In this document: piece by piece, positions 55,792-64,000 of the stretch
Position numbering within the stretch: the first letter of the stretch is position 1
How the letters are laid out: every line of letters starts with the position of its first letter
DNA from: Balanoglossus misakiensis
Lineage: Eukaryota > Animalia > Hemichordata
Direction: 5' to 3'
DNA: 64,000 nucleotides
Assembly: GCA_040954595.2 (NCBI GenBank)
Contig: CM082576.2
Location: 13,581,129-13,645,128, forward strand
Notes under the pieces: generated by a model
What the model was told of the DNA's origin: nothing
The model's input: the letters and a program-made list of their open reading frames with translations, nothing else
Database searches by the model: none
Made by a program: the position numbers and the translations under genes

Positions 55792-56347
55792 TTAATCAAA
55801 ATGCAGGGTTTGTCACAGGAGTGAGTTTTGTTGTTGTGTTGAAATGCCCTGCATGTGCACTCCACTTGCCTCTTATATCTCATCATTTTTGTTTTGTTGA
55901 TTATTTATTTATCTTATAATAAAATTCCCACGGTTGCTTCATACACTTGAAATATATGGACCTTTGGATACAGTGATATTTCCCACTTGAAGTTGAGTAT
56001 GAAAACAAGTGGCAAGATCAACAGTTGATTTGTACTGGCAAAATTCCCAAGAGACTAGATGCCACACTTGGGATTAAGAAATACCCACACAGACAACAAA
56101 ATTTTAGAGCACTTTTTAACCAAAAGCTATGACTGTGCTCAAAATAACATCTACTCATTCAAATGTATTCTTTAACATCCATCAAAGCATATACACCAAG
56201 GGGTTGTGACAGTGGCATGGTTTTGTGACTAGAGCCTTGAAATGTAGGGGAGGCCCTCTTGCTAATTTACATGCGCTCATCCTATATGGTTAAAAGGGCA
56301 TGCCTGGGTCTCTCACTGACTCTGTGGTGGCAGGCTATTTTAAAGTG

Positions 56348-56436
56348 GCCACCCAAGTGAAAATCTGTGATTGGTAGAAGATCTCAACTTTCCATGGTAA
56401 CTGCATGGCTAAATTGGCATAGGTGGTCGTATACCT
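56348..56436 (-). mobile_element. Kolobok/T2-like MITE family A, truncated diverged copy 3
   Basis: GCCACCCA..GAAAATCTGTGATTGG..CCATGGTAACTG..GGTGGTCGTATACCT-TTAA matches the right half of copy 2. Confidence 0.75.
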
Positions 56437-57300
56437 TTAAAACTGGATAAATGGATGTGACCTCCTATCTTCTGATCCACTTAGAAGTCGTCTTATCTTT
56501 TGCTCCAAATGCTCCCATGACATTTCCCAGAATGAAATGAAATCGGATCTGCTCATCTCTTTAATGTCCATAAAATGATAGGTGGTGCACAGCTTTTTTT
56601 TAATGTTTCTTAACTGTTCCTCTTTCTGTTCTTTTATCACTTTTTCTACAAAAAGACCAGTGGAAGGGATTTTTAACATTACGCAAGACATTAAAAGGAA
56701 ATCATTAGTTTTGTCAATAATTTATATGCACAAGTACAAAAAATGATTTTATTAGACTAGTAATGTCACTTTATTTTATCTTCTAAAGTGACGAGTTCTT
56801 AGAGTAAAACATATTTTGCATGTTATACATATATTTGTTGTTGTTGTTGTTGTTGTTTTTGAGAGAGAAAAGATTTTTCAGGCAATGATATGGAGTGTTT
56901 TCAGGGGGAGGGGGTGGCCCTCATTGTGTTAGATGAATTTTACATATTTTTAAAAAAATTAACTTAATATGAAAATTTATATCTTTTGTCTACCTTTTAT
57001 AATATTTTTCGTTTGTTTATATGTAAATTTGGATTGGACGAAGAGCGTTGAATTTTGGATATATTGTACCGGGAATTGTTTTCCTGGTGTTTAGTGAATC
57101 TATCTGCATGTTTTCAATTTAAATATCTGGCTTCAGTGAAAAGTGCTTGAAAATAAATGGTCATTTAATATTTGGAACCGAACTTGAATAGAAATGGTCT
57201 GATATCTCACGATATCCACGGGCGAGCTAATATATGTTAGGGATTTTGTGTACCACAATACAAATGAACTGAGGTCAGTCTGCATTGAATCCCCGATCAG

Positions 57301-57313
57301 GTTGCCAGGCAAC
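57301..57313. promoter_or_regulatory. RFX X-box
   Basis: Palindromic GTTGCC-A-GGCAAC, about 0.5 kb upstream of the ATG. Confidence 0.45.
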
Positions 57314-57623
57314 AAGTTTATCGTGGCCACTCACTCTCTAGGTTGCTGAAATAAAAGGTTCCTGTTGCTCCGAAGAATGAAATAAAGAAACAAAGGCTCT
57401 CCCATCCTTTGTACTGGTGTTGGCGAAATCAAGTTCACCATATATGGACTTCACCTTTCCCCAACATCACCCAGTCTGTGTTTCGCCATCATCAGCAATT
57501 GTTTCTAATGTGTGTGTGCAGCACACAACAATACCGTTTCCTCCCTGTAATTGGTCACATGATAGCCAAATTTTTATACCTTGTGTTTTGCCCCTCCCGA
57601 GGGCATCCATTTGCATTTCTTGA

Positions 57624-57790
57624 CTAAGCTAAGGACGTCGTTTTTGTCCCAATTTTAGCCAAGCTGGGGACTTCAGACAGTCTGCGTGATCTATCCCATC
57701 AACCTCAGCATATATAGCCGCCATTTTTATTATTGTATTTCTTTGTTCATATTTTCTTGCAAAATATCCATCTTCACCCGGCGTTTCAAA
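57624..57790 (+). other. Candidate 3' splice acceptor and 5'UTR part of the ATG-containing exon (exon would be 57659-57842)
   Basis: Two CTAAG branch-like pentamers (57624-57633), pyrimidine tract TTTTTGTCCCAATTTTAG with AG at 57657-58; no ATG between 57659 and 57790. Confidence 0.5.
57711..57727 (+). promoter_or_regulatory. YY1-type motif preceded by TATA-like TATATA
   Basis: TATATAGCCGCCATTTT; GCCGCCATTTT matches the YY1 consensus, 63 nt upstream of the ATG. Confidence 0.4.
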
Positions 57791-57842
57791 ATGTCGCGCC
57801 GAAAGCAGGACAAACCACAGCAAGTGAGGAGAACTATAACAG
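57791..57842 (+). CDS. First coding exon of a NuRD-recruiting C2H2 zinc-finger transcription factor (SALL / BCL11 / FOG-ZFPM / ZNF423-521 type); partial, rest of gene beyond the window or not identified
   Basis: ttcaaaATG start context; ATG TCG CGC CGA AAG CAG GAC AAA CCA CAG CAA GTG AGG AGA ACT ATA ACA G|GTAATG = MSRRKQDKPQQVRRTIT plus a phase-1 donor at 57843. MSRRKQxxP is the established NuRD-binding N-terminal motif, usually on a short phase-1 first coding exon. The family member cannot be fixed from 17 aa. Confidence 0.88.
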
Positions 57843-58764
57843 GTAATGTAAAACCCATCCACGGTACACATCGTTACACGTATCGGTGGAAAGTGAGAGC
57901 GAAAATACGGGGTCTCAGGACGTTGGACAAAACCAGTGGTCAAGTGGTGTACAGTGGTGTGGGCATAATGGCGTGTTCCATGTCTTATATGATCGCGTTT
58001 CTTTGTCTACCTGCACTGGCATAATTTTCCAGATGGAGCGAAATTTCTCATGTTTATCTCCAGAATTTGAGAGCAGAAGTTACTGCGATGGGAGAGCAGC
58101 GTGCGTCAAAGACGCGGTGAAGTTGCTGCCCTTCGAAAACACATTTCGCAAAAAAAAAATCACTCCGAAAAATATAACAGTTGTTGTTGTGCATCGCTGC
58201 TGTTATAGCCAATAGCCAGTGGGCATTTCAATGAGTGTGCGTTAGCGACAGATAGAAATTATTATTGCGAGTCAGACATCTTTGCGTAAAAAGAGAACGT
58301 CGCGATGCGAACAGTTTCCGCGTACGCCAGATAAATATGAACGAAGGCAGTGCATGCTAGGATTATGTAATAACGCTTGATGATGTCTCCTGTCAGAAAA
58401 CCAGGGAAAGCGTAACGAAGTGAATTCCCAGCCTTGACCCACAAGGTCGCAATATTGCCCACATATTTCGATCGCTGAAATTTTTTCCCCTCGCCGATTT
58501 TTTCTCTCTCGATGCAACGTCCATGTTGTTGGTAAACAATGGTCGGGCACACGTCGCTGGCGTAGTACGCGTACGGCATAGCGGTCAGTTCACAGCCGCG
58601 TGAGAATTTTTTTCGGAGGCGGCGAAGTGGGATGTTGTTATCGACGGTGCACTGAAATCGTGCGTGACCTTTTGTTGTCGCATCACACACGGATTAGGCT
58701 AGTCAAACGGTCTGAAGTCGCGACTCCCAGAGTGACCCGATAGCCGTTTTGGCCGCAGTCAGGT

Positions 58765-58780
58765 TGACCTGAAATGACCC
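58765..58780 (-). promoter_or_regulatory. DR4 nuclear-receptor element (TR/RXR or LXR/RXR type)
   Basis: TGACCT-GAAA-TGACCC = GGGTCA tttc AGGTCA on the minus strand, two consensus half-sites with a 4-nt spacer; extra half-sites near 58665, 58733 and 58802. Confidence 0.45.
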
Positions 58781-61700
58781 CCCGACGCTGTCCAGAGAAA
58801 AAGGTCAGGCGTCTTCATCATAGGCAATGAATAATTAATGAACAAGTGATCTTGTCATCGGGGGCTGCCCTGTTGCAGGCAAATTTCATAACTGAGTTAA
58901 ATCAAAACCACATGAAATGCAAACTATGTAAATATTTGAAAATATTTCAGCCGTAAAATTGGTATAGAAAGAAAACAACATTATTCTGGGGAAAGAATAT
59001 ATATATTTTACTTTGTGTGGAAATTAATATCATCTTGACCTTTGGTTTCCATACAGGTCATTATGCAGATATGGGTTGTCTTGTCACTATTTGGAATTTC
59101 AGTATCCCTACAGTAATAACCTTCTCTGAATTAAAATCCATTGTTGGTCAAATCAAAGATGGACAGTCAGAATATCATTATTTTAGACAAAGTAATAGCA
59201 GGAAATACCTACAAGTATAATGACATGTGCTTTAATGTTGTAAAAAAAGGTGTTGATTTGCAATAACATGATGGTAAAAACAGCTTTTAAACTATTTTGG
59301 TCACATAAATTTAATAGATTTTAAGAAGTGATGTGTATCATGCAAAGCATTGTTCACCTACGCCATTTGTACAAGTCGTGGTGTACAGTGTTTATTTAGT
59401 CATTATGTACTCACTGCTGTTGGTAACTATAGGTTACGGCATACTTACCAGTGGCATTGGACATCCGTGGGTTTTTTTTCCATCAGAGGTCATATTTACA
59501 AAAAGAATATATTCTCCTGTTAACAAAATTTTGTGTAAATTTTTAAATATTCATGGTGATTTCAGATAGGCTTAAATTGATTTAGCTTAGGGTCACCATA
59601 CATTGTGTGGTAGTTACAAAAGAAATTGATGTGGATGGTGCGATTGGCTATACCACCAGAAATCATTTTTTTCTTCCTTTTTTTCCTAAGTGGAGGTTGT
59701 AGTAGCAATCCCCTTTGGGTGCTTGTAATGATTTCTCATGTACACATATATCATTCTGAGTCATCATCTTCCAACCCAAATCAGTTGTAGGGATCTGTTG
59801 AAACAATTCCAGGATATAAAATATAGCACCGAGTGACAGGGGTTTGAAATTAATAACCTTTGGTCTTTGTTGTTTTTTATAGGTTCAAAAAATGTATTTT
59901 GAAAAAAGCCTTGAATGGGTATTAACAAGGGGTCAGACAGAAATAAGGAAAATTAGTTTTATATGATATGTCGTTGTTGATGGTCGAAAAAGGAATTAAT
60001 TTTTTTTCCACGGTGTTTTGAATGAGTGATCTTTTATAGGGTCATCATTTTGTGTAGACACGCCAGCAATCAAGGCAAGCCGAAGAGTTGATGGTAGGAT
60101 TCTGTCAGCGTTGTGGTGGGAATTTCGCGAGTAATGAACCCCGCGATCGTAAGACCAGGAGTGGAGATTAGAATTCATCCACGTAGAAAGCTGTGAGGTG
60201 ATTCTGCTGGTCTGCATCAGCAAGTAGTGGGGGCACACACACAAACACACACACACATATACACAAAGAAACTGTGAATAGACAAAAGCTGCAGGAACAC
60301 CTACAGAGTTTAGTTCAGGAAAAAAAATTAATAATCAACTCGGGGAGGGGGGGGGGTTGTAAGTGAAGCGACCACCTCAATTCCTCCTCCACTCGCATTG
60401 ACCAGCAGCACTATCTCTATCTTCCACATCCTCCCCCCAGCCCCCCACACACGCACCCCATCATCCATTTGATTCGGCCCCCCTTTTCAAAGCTTTGTGT
60501 GCAAATCCGCGAAAAACATCACACAGAGCTTTGGAGAAAGCCTTGACATATTTGCACCATGTTACCTTGGCCCCCTCCAGCATTCACCACTCTCTCTCTC
60601 TCTCTCCCTTCGCTGAATTACCCCGGCCTTGAGGCTAGCCACCACCGTCACCATAGCTACTGCTATTCAACGGCGGAGCGGTATTAAAATGAAACGCTCT
60701 TCCCTTTTTACAAAACACTGGTCGGCCAATTTATCCACATCCATCACCGGGCCATTGTTTGCATCATATTGCTATCTTCAATACTTCTTTTCACTCCGTG
60801 TGCATGGCTACGGGGTCATCACATATCGGCAAAAGTTTTTTTTTTTTCTCTCCTCTTCTTTTTAACAAGCATTACATACGAGCACTCATCACGAATGTTG
60901 TAAAATCTGATTAATATTCATGATGTTGGGCCAGTTGGTGTTTGCCGCTTTTGCACTAAATCACTGAAATGCGACGAGGAGATCCTCAATCAAAATCCGC
61001 CCTGGCTAGCCTGTAAAATTATCACAACAGTAACATGTGAGAACCGACTTTTAATTTCACTTCGCATTTGACTCACTTCAGTTCAAGTACGTAAAACACT
61101 GTAGTCAGTCTTTAGGGAGAATGTGTCACTTTTGAAGAGGGGAGACCACCAGATCAAAATACTATGACCAAATAGCCAGACGAAGGCATTGTGCATAATT
61201 TTTCACAGTTCTATATATTACCACATACTAACCTAAATTTTTATCAGAAATTGGCATCGTGGCATGCTGCCAACATTGATGGTCATTTTACTTTCCAAAA
61301 CGAAAAAAAAATAAAATAAAAGAGTTTTCAGTGTACATCCTGTGATGGCAGATGTCTCAAGTTAATAACAGGGAAATGCACATATAAAATTCATCTTGGC
61401 CTTTTTCACTACTACTCTGCACATTGAAGCTGGGAGGCAGATTTCGTTCACACTTACAAAGTAGCATATGTCAGAGATGTCTCAGTGGACCCCATCACCA
61501 GAAAACACAAAAAGGCTTGTAATATACGCCGGCCCGACCTGATATTTTACGACTATTGTCAAGCGATAGTTCAGTGCCACCGAGGATGAATATTTCATAA
61601 CTCGGCCGCCAACCTGAACCTGCGTGAAGAGTTCTAATTCTTTGACGAAATCAATTTTTTTTTTTGCCCGTTTGAGTCTCAACAACACCCGATATTTTCC

Positions 61701-63181
61701 CCCCTCCCACATCATTTCCTGGGATTAGCGGCGCTATACAAATTGACTGACAAGTCATTCAGCGGGCAACATCTCTTCTGCCTGGCTCTGATGAGTGAGC
61801 AATGTGTGTGTTTTCTCCAAACATCATTATCAGTGAAAGATGCCTGTGTGTTGCTAGCGACTAGCCAGGTTGTAAATCGCGGAAAATTTATAGATGGGAT
61901 CTCGGAGGGATTAACAGCACCTCAGCCAGTGCTAACAGCAGTTATGTATGCAAAGTCCTCTCCCACTGTTTACTTACCCAGTCTTGACTCTTACGCTCGG
62001 CTATTCTCTCGCCCTTTCCCCACAATTGCTTTTTACTGCATGTATTTGCACTCGCGATAAAATCAAACTCAGATTTCAAACAAATCAGACCGCCTCTCGT
62101 GCCATTTTCATCAAGACCCCCCTTTGTAGAAACACACGCCATTGGCGTTTATTAATTTAAAACACAGCAACACCACGATTGTTTTCCTGGTTTAACATAA
62201 CGCAGTATTCATTTAATTTGCGGTCCCAATATTGAACCTGCCACTATTTGTATGTAGATTTATTTACTTTTTTTTCTGCAACTGCAGCTGCGGAGGGGTG
62301 GTAGCGTAAGTTTCCAAGTGTACTGTGACCTGACTGAAATAAAAAAAGGGGTCCGTGGTTTGTATTTGAAGAAAAAAAAATGGTTTGTGACTGGCCAGTG
62401 CTGAGAGAAGTTGGACTATACGCGTACACCTCGTGGAGATGTGATACATCTCACTCAATAGGCATTTCATCGGAAATTACTGTCTACAGAGATGTTTTTG
62501 GTTGGTTGAGCCTGCTTTATTGAAAAGAATTTGCAGAGAGTGTTTCTTCATTGATCGCCAACAAAAGCAACATCAGACTCGGCTGGCTTCTATTGTAGCC
62601 ACTGTGCCAGTGTCACTAGCCCCAGTCAACCAATACGCTACACCACTCTCTCTCGCTAATTGAAATAAACAGCTTCATAAAACGAAACGATCGAGCAGAT
62701 TTTTTGCGAAATTAATCCCTCTCGCTCCTTTTCAACTTTTCAGGAAAACTTTTCCCTTCATTATTTATGATTACCAACGGTAACGACAATGAATTGTTTG
62801 TCAAGTTTTATTTTGCTCCTTTTCACCGGCAAAACACATTCTCATTTATATCATCATCAATCTTGATGCCTTTTCCTTTAAGTTATACTAATTTGGCATG
62901 TTGTTTTTTTGAGGGGGGGGGGCGTAGAATTGGATGAAAATTGAATGTGGGGTCAGTCAGTTTCATCTGTTTGACCCTTAACACACCAGCCAGCGTGAGT
63001 TACACTACGATGTGGTATTGTAACTCCAAGTTGAAATCATGACTTCGTGGTAGAAATAATTCGTAGATGCTGTACAGTTTATCAGTTTTAAAAATTTTGC
63101 ATCATATCACAAATATGAATAAACCCTAAATCAGAAAAAAATCACTAAATGTCAGAATTCAGATGAGGATTTCTGCAAATA

Positions 63182-63360
63182 CAGTCAAACCTGTGTATAG
63201 TGGCCAGTCAAGGGACTGTCATAAACTGGCCTTTATAGACAGGTGGTCTTTATAGACAGGTCAATTAATGCACATGTAAGTTGCACAGGGACTGTAACAT
63301 AGTGGCCACTATATAGAGGTGGTCACTATATAGAGGTGGTCACTAACACAGGTTTGACTG
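63182..63360. mobile_element. Tc1/mariner (pogo/Tigger-like) MITE (179 bp)
   Basis: TA TSD; TIR CAGTCAAACCTGTGT..AGTG(G/A)CCA; subterminal ~17-bp repeats (GGTCACTATATAGAGGT / GGTCTTTATAGACAGGT). Confidence 0.88.
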
Positions 63361-64000
63361 TAATGGAAAGTGATATTTGTAATACCGTAAGTCATACTAA
63401 GTGTGAAAAAAAATTGAAAGGGTGTGAAGTCGATGGGGTCACTGCTGAGATACGCGTGTGATATTGGTGACCGGAGGACAAACGTGATGGCTTGTGGCGT
63501 GGACTGCAGTAAACAAAGAGACTTTCACAGCATGGACTTTGCAGTATTTGCAGCATGTGTGTGTTGGTCTGCGATATATACATGTATATGCGTAAGGAAC
63601 TAGCCAAGAGAGGCTGGGCGGTACAGATGGTCAGTACAGGTGTACGGTGTTGGCGCGAGTATCAACAGTGGCGATCACAACAACATTGTGTGCGAGTGGC
63701 GTGCGCCTCAGTTCTTCGATGCTTTCACACTGCCCCTTTTGTTGACTTTAAAGTTTAGGGATTTAGTGTTGTATTTGCCGGTATTATACAGACCCTGGCC
63801 CAAAAGACCAGGCACCAGGTGCACTGGTTATCGCACAATGGCACTCGTGGCCTCCCCAACACATGTGGTCACATTGTGCCCTTTTTGATCGCATGTGACC
63901 ACCGGACCAGAACTGCACAAAGCCCCCACGAGACGGTGTTTTTGTGCAATATGGTTCTCTCTCCTAAAAAGATCAACCTAAAGTGGCCTTGTGTGTCTGA

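Noticed and set aside
57686-58024. 112-aa ORF as a full protein
   Set aside because: Only MSRRKQ...TIT is motif-like; a splice donor follows and the flanking translation looks like UTR/intron read-through.
57843-64000. Search for the next coding exon (zinc fingers)
   Set aside because: No C2H2/CCHC pattern or convincing phase-1 acceptor with a protein-like frame seen; the intron probably extends past the window.

Overview
Eukaryotic (animal) genomic DNA, moderately AT-rich and almost entirely non-coding. None of the supplied six-frame ORFs looks like a complete protein. The only convincing coding sequence is a 52-nt + strand exon segment (57791-57842) encoding MSRRKQDKPQQVRRTIT, followed by a phase-1 GT donor. 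This matches the N-terminal NuRD/RBBP4-recruiting motif of the SALL, BCL11, FOG/ZFPM and ZNF423/521 zinc-finger repressors; the zinc fingers lie outside the window. The ~57 kb upstream look like the regulatory desert or giant 5' intron of that gene. They hold many CpG-retaining blocks dense in homeodomain, TALE and Sox motifs, plus nuclear-receptor DR4/DR1 elements, RFX X-boxes, candidate upstream exons and a candidate recursive splice site. Non-autonomous DNA transposons (MITEs) of several superfamilies are present, with readable TIRs and TSDs: PIF/Harbinger, Kolobok-T2-like, piggyBac-like, Tc1/mariner-pogo-like and a MULE/Merlin-like element. The repeat spectrum and mosaic CpG content suggest a marine invertebrate, possibly a deuterostome (inference only). 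No CRISPR array, rRNA, tRNA or autonomous transposase was seen.
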